From Flavobacteria bacterium MS024-2A (lineage in GTDB: Bacteria; Bacteroidota; Bacteroidia; Flavobacteriales; Flavobacteriaceae): a stretch of 64,000 nt of DNA. A model generated the notes under the pieces. The model saw only the letters and a program-made list of their open reading frames with translations. It was not told where the DNA came from and ran no database searches. The position numbers were made by a program, and so were the translations under genes. Shown piece by piece: positions 19,034 through 29,036 of this stretch (the first letter of the stretch is position 1; each line of letters begins with the position of its first letter). The DNA lies in the NCBI GenBank assembly GCA_905182305.1, contig CAJJBB010000001.1, positions 39,326 to 103,325 of the forward strand. Reading direction: 5' to 3'.

Positions 19034-20356
19034 TTGGATCCTGACCCATTACCCTTGTTGAGTTTATTACTAATCCTTTTTAAAATAGAATGGTTTCAAT
19101 TTGGATTGGTGATTTTTTTACTAATTTGTTCAGCTCTTGTTTCAGGTGCAGAAGTCGCCTTTTTTTCTTTACAAATTAAGTCTTTGGAAGAGTCTAATGA
19201 AACAGAAAATAAAATAGAAGTTACCAGAGTAATTAAATTATTGAAAAAGCCTAAGCGTTTATTGGCGACTATTTTAGTTGCTAATAATTTCATAAACATT
19301 GCCATAGTTTTGCTTTTTTCAATCCTGAGTAATACTTTTTTATCAACTATAGAAAATTCAGCAGTATTGCTTTTAATTGAGGTGGGCATTATTACATCTC
19401 TTATTTTAATTTTTGGAGAAATTTTGCCTAAAGTATATGCAAATAGAAACGCATTATCATTTTCAAAAAGAATGGCTCCTGTGATTAGTGTTTTAGATTC
19501 TTATTTACTGTTTTGGATTACCTTTCCAATGAGTAAAATTACTTCTTTTTTAGAACGGCGTCTTGGAGAATCTGGAAATCAATTTTCTGTAGACAAGCTT
19601 TCACAGGCATTAGAACTTACAAATAATGATGAAACTACCTCAGATGAGCAGCGAATTTTAGAAGGAATAGTAAACTTTGGAAACACAGATACTAGAGAAG
19701 TTATGTGCCCTCGTATGGATATGTTTGCCCTATCAGACAGTCTTACTGTTGAAGAAATTATTCCAATAATATTAGAGCAAGGATTTTCAAGAATTCCTGT
19801 CTTCACAGAAAAAAAAGATACCATTAAAGGAATTTTATATGTTAAAGACTTGCTTCCCAATATTCATGAAAAAAATTATAAATGGCAAAAATTATTAAAA
19901 CCACCAATTTACGTTCCAGAAAATAAAAAGCTAGATGATTTATTAAAAGAATTCCAACAAAAGAAAATTCATTTAGCCATTGTAGTAGATGAGTATGGTG
20001 GAACCTCTGGACTTATTACTTTGGAAGATATTATGGAAGAAATAGTTGGGGACATTAGCGACGAATTTGACGAAGAAGATTTAAGTTATTCAAAACTAGA
20101 TGATCACACATATGTATTTGATGCGAAAATAAATTTAAAAGACTTTTTTAAAATAGTTGATCTGGAAGAATCAGAAGATTTTGAATCCGTTAAAGGAGAT
20201 GCAGAGACATTAGCAGGTTTGTTACTTGAAATTGCTAAAAAATTTCCAAAAAAGAAACAACTTATTAACTATGCTGGCTATTCTTTTAGTATTGAAGAAT
20301 TAGATGAAATGCGGATCACACAAGTAAAAGTAATGTTGCCTAAACAAAAGAAATAA
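19034..20356 (+). CDS. gldE: Gliding motility-associated protein GldE (CNNM transmembrane domain, CBS pair, CorC_HlyC)
   Basis: 440 aa with a TTG start giving MDPDP.... The domain order and the mutY-ssb-gldE-gldD synteny match those described for Flavobacterium johnsoniae. Confidence 0.85.
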   Translation: MDPDPLPLLSLLLILFKIEWFQFGLVIFLLICSALVSGAEVAFFSLQIKSLEESNETENKIEVTRVIKLLKKPKRLLATILVANNFINIAIVLLFSILSNTFLSTIENSAVLLLIEVGIITSLILIFGEILPKVYANRNALSFSKRMAPVISVLDSYLLFWITFPMSKITSFLERRLGESGNQFSVDKLSQALELTNNDETTSDEQRILEGIVNFGNTDTREVMCPRMDMFALSDSLTVEEIIPIILEQGFSRIPVFTEKKDTIKGILYVKDLLPNIHEKNYKWQKLLKPPIYVPENKKLDDLLKEFQQKKIHLAIVVDEYGGTSGLITLEDIMEEIVGDISDEFDEEDLSYSKLDDHTYVFDAKINLKDFFKIVDLEESEDFESVKGDAETLAGLLLEIAKKFPKKKQLINYAGYSFSIEELDEMRITQVKVMLPKQKK

Positions 20357-20901
20357 TGAGATTAGGATATGCTTTAGTGGTATTTTTAATACTAGGGTGT
20401 GCTTCAGAAAGTCAACCTAAACCAAATGGCTATTTACGTTTAGAATATCCAATACCTACATATGTGCCTTTCACTTCCCTCACTAATTTTTCAATGGAAT
20501 ACAATTCACTCTCAGAGGTGAAAGTAAGAAATCAGGCCATTCCAAAAATAGTATATCCTGAAATGAAAGCAACTCTTTATTTGAACTATGCAACGGTTAA
20601 TAACAATCTAGATTCCTTGTTAAATGATGCTTATAAACTTCCATATAAACATATTTCAAAAGCAGAATCAATACCTGAAAAGATTTTTATTAATGAAAGA
20701 AATAAAGTTTACGGGACTTTATTTTCTGTGGTAGGAAATGCTGCATCACAACACCAATTTTTTTTGACAGACAGTACAGATCATTTTTTAGTAGGTTCTT
20801 TATATTTTTATGCTCGCCCAAATTTTGATTCTATTTATCCTGCGGCTGTTTATCTTGAAAAGGATATTGTCCATTTAATGGAAACATTGAAATGGAAATA
20901 A
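20356..20901 (+). CDS. gldD: Gliding motility lipoprotein GldD
   Basis: 181 aa with a lipobox LILGCAS. Its start overlaps the gldE stop (TAATG). Confidence 0.8.
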   Translation: MRLGYALVVFLILGCASESQPKPNGYLRLEYPIPTYVPFTSLTNFSMEYNSLSEVKVRNQAIPKIVYPEMKATLYLNYATVNNNLDSLLNDAYKLPYKHISKAESIPEKIFINERNKVYGTLFSVVGNAASQHQFFLTDSTDHFLVGSLYFYARPNFDSIYPAAVYLEKDIVHLMETLKWK

Positions 20902-20904
20902 AAT

Positions 20905-21285
20905 TTAATGAATAGTACTTTCTAAACTAATGATTTTAGAAACAGAATAACTAGTTCCTGTTGATTTTACAACTGAGCTTATTCCGTCAAGATTTAGCAT
21001 AGTAGCATCATAGGTTACCCATCCAGTATTACTTTCAAAATCTACTTTTGCACTAACAATACCTGAGGTTCTTTGTAATTTCTTTTCAATGGTCACTGCA
21101 CAGCCAATGGCACAGGTCATTCCTTCAATGCTTAATTTAGCATAAGCTTTTTCTCCAAGAGCTTCAATTTTCTTAGGACTCTCTTGAGATATTGGAACCT
21201 CTATTACCTTTGGCGTCAATTTATTTTGACAACCCCCCAAAAAAACAATGCTTAAAATGATAAAAAAGGGAAAAGAATTTTTCAT
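20905..21285 (-). CDS. Lipoprotein with a heavy-metal-associated-like domain (CxxxC variant)
   Basis: 126 aa with a lipobox FLGGCQ. The HMA-like region is LSIEGMTCAIGCAVTIEKKL, with Cys58 and Cys62. Confidence 0.7.
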   Translation of the reverse strand: MKNSFPFFIILSIVFLGGCQNKLTPKVIEVPISQESPKKIEALGEKAYAKLSIEGMTCAIGCAVTIEKKLQRTSGIVSAKVDFESNTGWVTYDATMLNLDGISSVVKSTGTSYSVSKIISLESTIH

Positions 21286-21354
21286 GTCAATTTTTTATAA
21301 AAATACAATTTTCATTAGCACATGCTTATTAAAATTGTTGATTTTTGTAGCTCT

Positions 21355-22239
21355 ATGAACAACACGATTAAAAAATGGACTTTCCTTATTTTATTATCAA
21401 TTATATGGGGTAGCTCTTATATTTTGATTAAAAAAGGATTGATTGGCTTAACTCCACTTCAATTAGGGAGTGTCCGTATTTTAATGACCACTATTATTCT
21501 CTCTATTTTTGGATGGAAACAACTCAAGAAAATTCCTAAATCAGCATGGAGTTGGTTAGTATTCACAGGATTTTTTGGCACTTTTTTTCCGAGTTATCTT
21601 TTTGCTTTTGCGGAAACAGTCATTGATAGTTCTGTTGCTGCAGTTTTAAATGGAATGACCCCACTTTTCACCATACTCATGGGGATTTTTGTCTTTGACT
21701 CTAAATCGAAATTAGCCCAAATTTTAGGGGTTCTAATTGGTTTTGGAGGAACATTAATTTTAGTTTCAAATCAATTTACCATTAAAAGTGGAACTGAAAG
21801 TTGGTATGCATTTCTTGTGGTTTTAGCAGCCTTATGTTATTCCATAAATGTAAATATAATTAAGTATAAACTAAAAGGTGTTTCAGCCTTAGGAATTGCC
21901 TTAGGGAATTTCATATCAATTTCAATTCCTGCAGCTTTAGTACTTTTATTTTCTGACTTTCCATTTGACCAACTCACTAAGAACAATGAAATAACCCTTT
22001 CCTTGGGCTATGTTTTTATTCTTGCTTTTTTTGGAACAGCTTTAGCAAAAGTGATGTTTAATACATTGGTGTCTATCTCTACGCCTGTTTTCTCAATATC
22101 CATCACCTATCTTTTACCAATAGTAGCCATTGGATGGGGAATTTTAGATGGTGAAACTTTTAGTTTAATACAGTGGGTTGGATGTGGTTTTATTCTATCG
22201 GGTGTTTATTTAGTAACCGATAAAAAAATTAAAAAATAA
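21355..22239 (+). CDS. EamA/DMT family transporter
   Basis: About 294 aa with 10 predicted hydrophobic helices in two EamA-like halves. I prefer the start at Met 21355 because a promoter-like GATTTTTGTAGC lies inside the track's upstream extension. Confidence 0.75.
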   Translation: MNNTIKKWTFLILLSIIWGSSYILIKKGLIGLTPLQLGSVRILMTTIILSIFGWKQLKKIPKSAWSWLVFTGFFGTFFPSYLFAFAETVIDSSVAAVLNGMTPLFTILMGIFVFDSKSKLAQILGVLIGFGGTLILVSNQFTIKSGTESWYAFLVVLAALCYSINVNIIKYKLKGVSALGIALGNFISISIPAALVLLFSDFPFDQLTKNNEITLSLGYVFILAFFGTALAKVMFNTLVSISTPVFSISITYLLPIVAIGWGILDGETFSLIQWVGCGFILSGVYLVTDKKIKK

Positions 22240-22331
22240 GGGTAGTTTATATATTCGTCAAACAAAGTTCTAGAAATTATTTTCTCTATCCATAAAGAAA
22301 ATCAAATTTAGGAAACCCCTTTCTTATTTAA

Positions 22332-22339
22332 TATATTTG
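22332..22339 (+). promoter_or_regulatory. -7 promoter box TATATTTG upstream of the M20 amidohydrolase
   Basis: Exact TAnnTTTG match, 24 nt upstream of the ATG at 22363. Confidence 0.45.
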
Positions 22340-22362
22340 GGGATAACTATAACATTTAACCC

Positions 22363-23781
22363 ATGCGCTATTTATTTACAAGTTTATTATTTCTAACACT
22401 AAATTTAAGTTTTGGTCAGGCGAAGTATACAAAAATCTTAAAATCAATTCAAGAGAACAAATCGGCTTATTCATCTGTTGCTCAGCAAATTTGGTCATAC
22501 GCAGAAATGGGTTATCAAGAAGAACAGAGTAGTGCGTTACTTCAAAAAACATTAAAGGCAGAGGGCTTTGAAATAACCACAGGGGTCGCCGAAATTCCTA
22601 CTGCTTTTATAGCTAGTTATGGATCTGGAGAACCTGTTATTGCGGTTTTAGGTGAATTCGATGCATTGCCTGGATTGTCCCAAAAAGCGCTTCCATATAA
22701 AGTTTCTAATGATGCAAAAGCGGGACATGCTTGCGGCCATCACTTGTTCGGAACTGCATCAGCTGCAGCTGCAATAGCTTTGAAAAAATATTTAATAGGA
22801 CAAAATATGCCAGGAACTATACGTTTTTATGGTTGTCCTGCAGAAGAAGGGGGTTCAGGAAAAGTATATATGACTCGTGCAGGTCTTTTTGATGACGTTG
22901 ACATTGCACTTCATTGGCATGCAGATAGTAAGAATTCTGCCGGAATCCGACCTGCCTTAGCGAACAAGTCAGCTAAATTTCGTTTTTATGGTGTCTCCGC
23001 ACATGCTGCTGGTGCCCCTGAAAAAGGACGTTCCTCTCTTGATGCTGTTGAAGCAATGAATAATATGGTAAATATGATGCGTGAACATACTTCGGAAAGC
23101 ACACGTATTCATTATGTAATTACAAAAGGAGGTGAAGCACCTAATGTAGTGCCAGATTTTGCAGAGGTTTATTATTATGCCCGTCACTCTACTAGAAATG
23201 AAGTAGTTAATGTTTTTGATCGTATTGTTAATGCTGCAAAAGGCGCTGCATTAGGAACAGGTACTACTATGGAGTATGAAATGATCGGAGGCACTCACGA
23301 ACTTTTACACAATGAAATCCTTCAGAAAATAGTACACAAAAACTTGGAAACTGTTGGGGGTTATTCTTACACTCCTTCAGAAAAAGTATTTGCAGTAAAA
23401 ATATCAGAAAGCCTTGGACTTGTTTTAGATACAAAACTTACAGAAGGTGTTGAACCATATAGTGATAAAGGAAAAGCAGGAGGGTCAACAGATGTAGGTG
23501 ATGTAAGTTTTGCAGTTCCTACGGTTGGATTAAGAGCAGCTACTTGGGTTCCTGGCACACCAGCTCACAGTTGGCAAGCCGTTGCAGCAGGTGGTACTGA
23601 TATTGGAAACAAAGGAATGATGGTTGCAGCAAAGACCCTTGCATTAACGGGAATGCAACTTTTAGATAATCCTAAAATTATAAAAGCAGCTAAAGAAGAA
23701 TTTATTAAAAAAAGAGGAGTAGATTTTAAATATATCCCCATGTTAGGTGACCGTAAACCAGCATTAAATTATAGAAATTAA
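22363..23781 (+). CDS. Secreted M20-family amidohydrolase (AbgB/aminoacylase-like)
   Basis: 472 aa with a signal peptide. Carries metal-ligand regions GHACGHHLFG and GCPAEEGGSGK. Confidence 0.8.
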   Translation: MRYLFTSLLFLTLNLSFGQAKYTKILKSIQENKSAYSSVAQQIWSYAEMGYQEEQSSALLQKTLKAEGFEITTGVAEIPTAFIASYGSGEPVIAVLGEFDALPGLSQKALPYKVSNDAKAGHACGHHLFGTASAAAAIALKKYLIGQNMPGTIRFYGCPAEEGGSGKVYMTRAGLFDDVDIALHWHADSKNSAGIRPALANKSAKFRFYGVSAHAAGAPEKGRSSLDAVEAMNNMVNMMREHTSESTRIHYVITKGGEAPNVVPDFAEVYYYARHSTRNEVVNVFDRIVNAAKGAALGTGTTMEYEMIGGTHELLHNEILQKIVHKNLETVGGYSYTPSEKVFAVKISESLGLVLDTKLTEGVEPYSDKGKAGGSTDVGDVSFAVPTVGLRAATWVPGTPAHSWQAVAAGGTDIGNKGMMVAAKTLALTGMQLLDNPKIIKAAKEEFIKKRGVDFKYIPMLGDRKPALNYRN

Positions 23782-23785
23782 AAAA

Positions 23786-24457
23786 ATGAAACATACTCGA
23801 TTTTTATTTATATTTTTTTGTTTTGGCTTAAGCTACTCACAAGTTTATACATTTAAAAGTCAAGATAATGGCACTATAATTACCCACAGAATTTTGATGG
23901 ACGAAGAATATTTTGTTGAGACCCAATACATTGAAGAGCCCCCACAATTTTTATTAACCCGAGGTGGATTTTATGAGCTAAAGGATAAGCAGTTTATGGT
24001 AAATTTAGAGTTTAATTCTAAGTTTGAACAGGACGGTATGAAACAAATGAACATTGAATCCTCAGTTAAAACATGGGATAAAATTTCAAAACCTCAGCTT
24101 GAGTTAGACGGAAAGTGGCTAATGGCAGGAAGGGTGAGCAATAATAAAGAACAGAGAAGGGATATCACTCGCCCAAGAAAAACAATGAAGTTTTTAAAAG
24201 ATGGTTTTTTTCAGTGGATGGCTTTTAACACAGAAACATTTCAGTTTTTTGGATCAGGAGGGGGCTATTATTCAGCTGAAGAAGAACGTTACACGGAACA
24301 TATTGAATATTTTTCAAGAAACAATACAAGCGTAGGAAGGGTTTTGCCTTTTGAATACTTCATTTCTGGAATAGATTGGCATCATCAAGGCTTTAGTAGT
24401 AAAGGCGATCCAATACATGAAATATGGAGCGCACGTGCAGGGTATAAAAATGAATAA
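23786..24457 (+). CDS. Hypothetical secreted protein (possibly lipocalin-like)
   Basis: 223 aa with a signal peptide (FIFFCFGLSYSQ). No catalytic motif recognised. Confidence 0.55.
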   Translation: MKHTRFLFIFFCFGLSYSQVYTFKSQDNGTIITHRILMDEEYFVETQYIEEPPQFLLTRGGFYELKDKQFMVNLEFNSKFEQDGMKQMNIESSVKTWDKISKPQLELDGKWLMAGRVSNNKEQRRDITRPRKTMKFLKDGFFQWMAFNTETFQFFGSGGGYYSAEEERYTEHIEYFSRNNTSVGRVLPFEYFISGIDWHHQGFSSKGDPIHEIWSARAGYKNE

Positions 24458-24465
24458 AACAATTT

Positions 24466-25326
24466 ATGATTGATCTTAATTCTTTACTGGATTTACTTTC
24501 GCTTGAAAAAAAAGATACCCACCATTTTGTAGGTCAAAATTATAAAACAGCATGGGGGCGAGTTTTTGGCGGTCAAGTATTGGGGCAATCGTTACATGCT
24601 GCATATCAAACAGTGCCAGAAGATCGAAAGGCACATTCTATGCATGGCTATTTTATTTTGGGAGGAGATATTAATATTCCCATTGATTATCACGTGGATG
24701 CCATTAGAGATGGTAAAAGTTTTACTACTCGAAGAGTTGTTGCTTTTCAAAATGGAAAAGCTATTTTCAATATGGCAGCATCTTTTCATTTGGCTGAAGA
24801 GGGTGTAGATCATCAAATTACAATGCCTAATGTTCTAACACCAGAATTGTTGCTTACTGATATTCAACAAGCAGAATCGCTTCAAAAATTAGATCCCATT
24901 CGATATGAATACTTAATGAAGGCACATCCGCAAATATTTGAATTTAGACCTGTTGGAAAAGCAATTTATTTACAAAACCGAAATACACCACCTCTTTCAC
25001 ATATATGGTTTAAAACCAAAGAAAAAATAAAAGTAGATATTGCATTACAGCATCAATTATTAGCCTTTGCTTCTGATTATAGTTTGTTGTTATCGGCAAC
25101 CTTACCTCATAGAAAAAGCCTTGATCATAAAAGAATGTATTACGCTAGTTTAGATCACGCCTTGTGGTTTCACAGAGATTTTAAAATTGATGATTGGTTA
25201 CTCTATTCCATTGAAAGTCCAAGCGCTTCTAATGCTAGAGGATTTGCTAGAGGAAGTATTTTTAATATCGAAGGCTCACTGATTGCTTCCGTTACACAAG
25301 AAGGATTAATGCGAAAATATAAATAA
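24466..25326 (+). CDS. tesB: Acyl-CoA thioesterase II
   Basis: 286 aa double hot-dog protein. GRVFGGQVLGQSLHAAY and HSMHGYFILGGD are typical of TesB. Confidence 0.85.
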   Translation: MIDLNSLLDLLSLEKKDTHHFVGQNYKTAWGRVFGGQVLGQSLHAAYQTVPEDRKAHSMHGYFILGGDINIPIDYHVDAIRDGKSFTTRRVVAFQNGKAIFNMAASFHLAEEGVDHQITMPNVLTPELLLTDIQQAESLQKLDPIRYEYLMKAHPQIFEFRPVGKAIYLQNRNTPPLSHIWFKTKEKIKVDIALQHQLLAFASDYSLLLSATLPHRKSLDHKRMYYASLDHALWFHRDFKIDDWLLYSIESPSASNARGFARGSIFNIEGSLIASVTQEGLMRKYK

Positions 25327-26051
25327 TGCGAATTAAATTTTCTTGCTATTTTGAGGTATTATTATTTTTTACAACAATTATTTCTGCTCAAGAGTATGAA
25401 AAAATTAATGGAGCGTGGAACGCTGTTTTTTTTGATTATGGTTTAAATAAAAAACTTAGCTTTCGCTCAGAATTTCATCTCAGAACAGTGTCTTTTTTAG
25501 ACGTATGGGAGCAACAAATTTTTAGACCTTCTATTACATATAGTAAATCAAAAAATTTAAAATGGACTGCAGGATATAGCTTTATAAAAAACTTTAACAG
25601 CAATGTGTCTTCCATTCCAAGGGTGCGAAGAGAACATAATCTTTGGGAGCAGCTGCTATATAATACACCATTAAAAAAAGGACTTATCAGTTCTCGTTTA
25701 AGATTAGAACACCGCTTTCAAGAGACGCTTCCTCTCCAAGAAAATCGATCGCTGAGAAAATTCACTTTTTCAAGCCGCATTAGATATCGCTTTACTTACC
25801 AACATTTATTGACTCAGTTAGACGCAAAAGTGCCCATTAATTTGGTAATTTTTGATGAGATATTTATATTTTTAAATCCGAATGGGACTCCATATAGATT
25901 TAATCAAAATTGGACCTTTATAGGATTTAAAATTAAGTTTAATAAAAAATTAGTATTATCGGCTGGCTATCAGAAAATTACATTTAAAAGAAGTGATAAT
26001 GACTATTTTAAAAATAGACTTTGGACTAATACCTTAGTCTATAAATTATAA
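25326..26051 (+). CDS. DUF2490-like predicted outer-membrane beta-barrel protein
   Basis: 241 aa with a signal peptide. Shows alternating aromatic/polar strand pattern and ends in ...NTLVYKL. Its start overlaps the tesB stop. Confidence 0.55.
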   Translation: MRIKFSCYFEVLLFFTTIISAQEYEKINGAWNAVFFDYGLNKKLSFRSEFHLRTVSFLDVWEQQIFRPSITYSKSKNLKWTAGYSFIKNFNSNVSSIPRVRREHNLWEQLLYNTPLKKGLISSRLRLEHRFQETLPLQENRSLRKFTFSSRIRYRFTYQHLLTQLDAKVPINLVIFDEIFIFLNPNGTPYRFNQNWTFIGFKIKFNKKLVLSAGYQKITFKRSDNDYFKNRLWTNTLVYKL

Positions 26052-26062
26052 ATACATGATAT

Positions 26063-26070
26063 TAATTTTG
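26063..26070 (+). promoter_or_regulatory. -7 promoter box TAATTTTG upstream of the PHP-type phosphodiesterase
   Basis: TAnnTTTG match, 26 nt upstream of the ATG at 26096. Confidence 0.4.
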
Positions 26071-26095
26071 TAGCTTTCCTAATAAAACAAAGAAT

Positions 26096-27193
26096 ATGAA
26101 TCAACGATTATTTCCTTTTTTATTTATTTTTCTTTTGTCTGTTAACAAAGTTTCAGCTCAAAGATCTTTCTTTAAGTCAGTTGCAGGGTCGCATTGGGTT
26201 AGTACAGATTTACATATCCATACCGTTTTTTCAGATGGTGCTGTATGGCCAAGTATTCGAGTTGAAGAAGCAAGAAGAGAAGGCCTTGATTTAATTGCAA
26301 TGACAGAGCACTTAGAATACCAACCACATTCAGATGACATTCCACACCCTAACAGAAACCGTTCTTTTATTATTGCAAATGGAATGATTCAAGCTGGGGA
26401 GCAATTACAGGTGATTAATGGTTCAGAAATTACACGTGAAATGGCGCCCGGACACATTAATGCTGTTTTCATTAAAGACGGGAATAAACTACTTCATGCT
26501 GATTCTCTTTCTGGGATTAAAGAAGCAAACAAACAAGGAGGTTTTGTTTTCTGGAATCATCCTAACTGGGATTCACAAAGAAAAGATGGCATTGCTCGAT
26601 TAGATCCTTATCATGAATTTTTAATTGAAAAACGTCTTTTACACGGCATTGAAGTAGTAAATGAAGATACGTATTCGGATGAGGCATTAAAAATTGCATT
26701 GGACAATAACCTAACAATTTTGGGAACTTCAGATATTCACGGTTTAACGAATTGGAAGTATGAGATTTCAAAAGGAGGGCATCGCCCTATTACCTTTGTA
26801 AAAGTTGAGAGTAAAACACCAGAATCACTAAAAAAAGCATTATTTGAAGGGAAAACGGTAATATGGTTTAAAGACTTATTGGTCGGTAAAGAGGAAAACC
26901 TTAGGGCTTTAATTACTGAAAATATAACGATAAACAGTCTTAAATATCCAGAAGATAAAACCATAGCTAATATAGAAATAACGAACCATGGTGCTGCCCC
27001 AATTCAATTGGAATATTTAGGAGAATACACATTTCATAAACGCCCAACTTTTTTTTCAATTCCAGCAAATTCAACTATTATATTAAACGTAAAAACAGTA
27101 GTAAAGAAAAACGAAATCAGGCTTCCTTTTAGGGTCTTAAATGCAGTAGTTGCCCCTAAAGAATATCTAGAATTAAGTTTTATTGCTAAATAA
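26096..27193 (+). CDS. Secreted PHP-domain phosphoesterase (Sb-PDE-like phosphodiesterase family)
   Basis: 365 aa with a signal peptide. Carries the PHP metal motif DLHIHTVFSDG and ...IAMTEHLEY..., with downstream His/Asp ligands (WNHPNW, TSDIHG). Confidence 0.7.
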   Translation: MNQRLFPFLFIFLLSVNKVSAQRSFFKSVAGSHWVSTDLHIHTVFSDGAVWPSIRVEEARREGLDLIAMTEHLEYQPHSDDIPHPNRNRSFIIANGMIQAGEQLQVINGSEITREMAPGHINAVFIKDGNKLLHADSLSGIKEANKQGGFVFWNHPNWDSQRKDGIARLDPYHEFLIEKRLLHGIEVVNEDTYSDEALKIALDNNLTILGTSDIHGLTNWKYEISKGGHRPITFVKVESKTPESLKKALFEGKTVIWFKDLLVGKEENLRALITENITINSLKYPEDKTIANIEITNHGAAPIQLEYLGEYTFHKRPTFFSIPANSTIILNVKTVVKKNEIRLPFRVLNAVVAPKEYLELSFIAK

Positions 27194-27237
27194 TACAGAA
27201 AAAAGTTAGTTTTAAATAATAAAAATTTAATACAATC

Positions 27238-27606
27238 ATGATTCAAGATAGTAGTTGGCGTCCACTTCCTGGTTTTTTAACCATTAAAGAAAGCAATATT
27301 GAAGGCCTGGGTCTGTTTACAACCGAGACGCTTCCCGCAGGAACAGATCTTGGAATTACTCACATTTATGATACCCGTTTCCAGGATGGTTACATTCGAC
27401 TTCCTTTAGGTGCTTTTATAAATCACCATGAAATACCAAATTGTAATGCAATTTTATCTGAAAATGACCCCATTACTGGACCTTTAAAACACATTAGGAT
27501 TGTAACCCTTGTGGATCTTGCTGAAGGGACAGAAATCACAGTAAAGTACATTATTAATAAATTAGAGAATCCCAATTGGGAAAAAGAATACGAGATAACA
27601 CAGTAA
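27238..27606 (+). CDS. Minimal SET-domain protein (putative lysine methyltransferase)
   Basis: 122 aa. Has the IEGLGLFTTETLPAGTDLG N-SET strand, INHHEIPNC (an NHSxxPN-like pseudoknot motif) and GTEITVKY (ELTxDY-like). Confidence 0.7.
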   Translation: MIQDSSWRPLPGFLTIKESNIEGLGLFTTETLPAGTDLGITHIYDTRFQDGYIRLPLGAFINHHEIPNCNAILSENDPITGPLKHIRIVTLVDLAEGTEITVKYIINKLENPNWEKEYEITQ

Positions 27607-27708
27607 ACCATTTTTTCTAAAGATTATTGGGGAAATTCGTGTAAAAAACATTTTTTTGTTATAAATTTGTCTTATCAATTCTTCAATGATGAATTGGTTT
27701 ATGGTTAT

Positions 27709-27741
27709 AGCCTTCAGGAATAATTCCTGAAGGCTTTTTTT
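27709..27741 (+). terminator. Rho-independent terminator between the convergent SET and kynU genes
   Basis: Perfect 12-bp stem AGCCTTCAGGAA / TTCCTGAAGGCT with a 3-nt loop, followed by a T6 run. Confidence 0.8.
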
Positions 27742-27770
27742 ATGTTAATTACTTGAAAAAAAAACTTTAA

Positions 27771-29036
27771 TTAGGTTACCTCTAATTTTTCCAAAGGGAA
27801 ATTTAGATACAATTTTCTTTCTACAATTTCTTTCAAAACTTGAATGACTGTTTTAATTTCTTCAAAACGTGTATAAAGTGGGGTAATGCCAAAACGAATG
27901 AAATGTGGAGGTCTAAAATCAGGAATAATTTTTGGATGTTCATCGTTCCCCGCAATAAGTGCTTGACATATTTGCCACGAAGCATAATGTGAAATGGTTA
28001 CATGAGATCCTCTTTTGCAATGATCTAATGGACTTTCTATTGAAAATCCTAGAGGTACTAATTGTTGGATTATTTCTTTAATAAACGCTTCGGACTGTTG
28101 AATGCTTTTTTCTTGAAGTAGTTTAATTCCAGCTTCAAGTGTAATATCAATTCCAGCTTCCATTCCTAAAAGAGACAGAATAGCAGGGGTACCAGATGCA
28201 AAACGTTTTATAGACTTGGCAGCCTCGTATTTTTTGCTAAAATCAAATGGACGTTGATGCCCAAACCATCCTTGAATAGGATTCAACAGTTTTGAATGCC
28301 ATTCTTCATTTATGTAAAGAAATGCTGGTGCGCCAGGACCACCATTCATATATTTATAAGTACACCCTAGGGCAATCATGGTTTCGGTTTCTTTAAGATC
28401 AATAGCTACTGCTCCCACTGCATGACTTAAATCCCAAACAATAATACTATGATGTTTAGAAGCCCAACGATTTAATTGTTTCATGGGATATAAATAGGCA
28501 CTTTTATAACTTACTAAACTTAAGCAAATAATACCCGGATTATTTTTAATGGAAGCTTTGAGTATTTCTATTTCTGCTTCAACTTCATTTTTATAAGAAA
28601 TAATTTTAAGTGAAGGAATTCCGAAAGATTTTTCTAAACCTTCAAGTACATACAGATCTGTAGGAAAATTAAGAATATCTGTACTTAGATGCTTTGGAAA
28701 GCTACCTTCTTTTAATAAGGCATAAGTCACTTGATATAAACTTACTGAGGTTGATTCGCCGATAATTATTTCTCCTTTTTCAGCCCCTAATAATTCACTG
28801 TATTTATCAGAAATTCTTGAAGACAATGAAAGCCAATACTGGTTCCAACTTCGAATCAATCCCTCTCCCCATTGTTTTTGAACAGCTTCTTCAATAGTTT
28901 TTTGGGCTTTTAATGGAAGTTTTCCAAGGGAATTACCATCAAAGTAAATTTCATTTTTTTTATGATAAAAAAGAGAGTGAAATTTAGAAAGCACATCTTT
29001 TTTATCAAGCAATTTAGCGTTTGATAAATCAATCAT
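27771..29036 (-). CDS. kynU: Kynureninase
   Basis: 421 aa PLP fold type I protein. Carries ...IYFDGNSLGKLP... and the PLP-lysine region GCTYKYMNGGPGAPAFLY, characteristic of kynureninases. Confidence 0.8.
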   Translation of the reverse strand: MIDLSNAKLLDKKDVLSKFHSLFYHKKNEIYFDGNSLGKLPLKAQKTIEEAVQKQWGEGLIRSWNQYWLSLSSRISDKYSELLGAEKGEIIIGESTSVSLYQVTYALLKEGSFPKHLSTDILNFPTDLYVLEGLEKSFGIPSLKIISYKNEVEAEIEILKASIKNNPGIICLSLVSYKSAYLYPMKQLNRWASKHHSIIVWDLSHAVGAVAIDLKETETMIALGCTYKYMNGGPGAPAFLYINEEWHSKLLNPIQGWFGHQRPFDFSKKYEAAKSIKRFASGTPAILSLLGMEAGIDITLEAGIKLLQEKSIQQSEAFIKEIIQQLVPLGFSIESPLDHCKRGSHVTISHYASWQICQALIAGNDEHPKIIPDFRPPHFIRFGITPLYTRFEEIKTVIQVLKEIVERKLYLNFPLEKLEVT

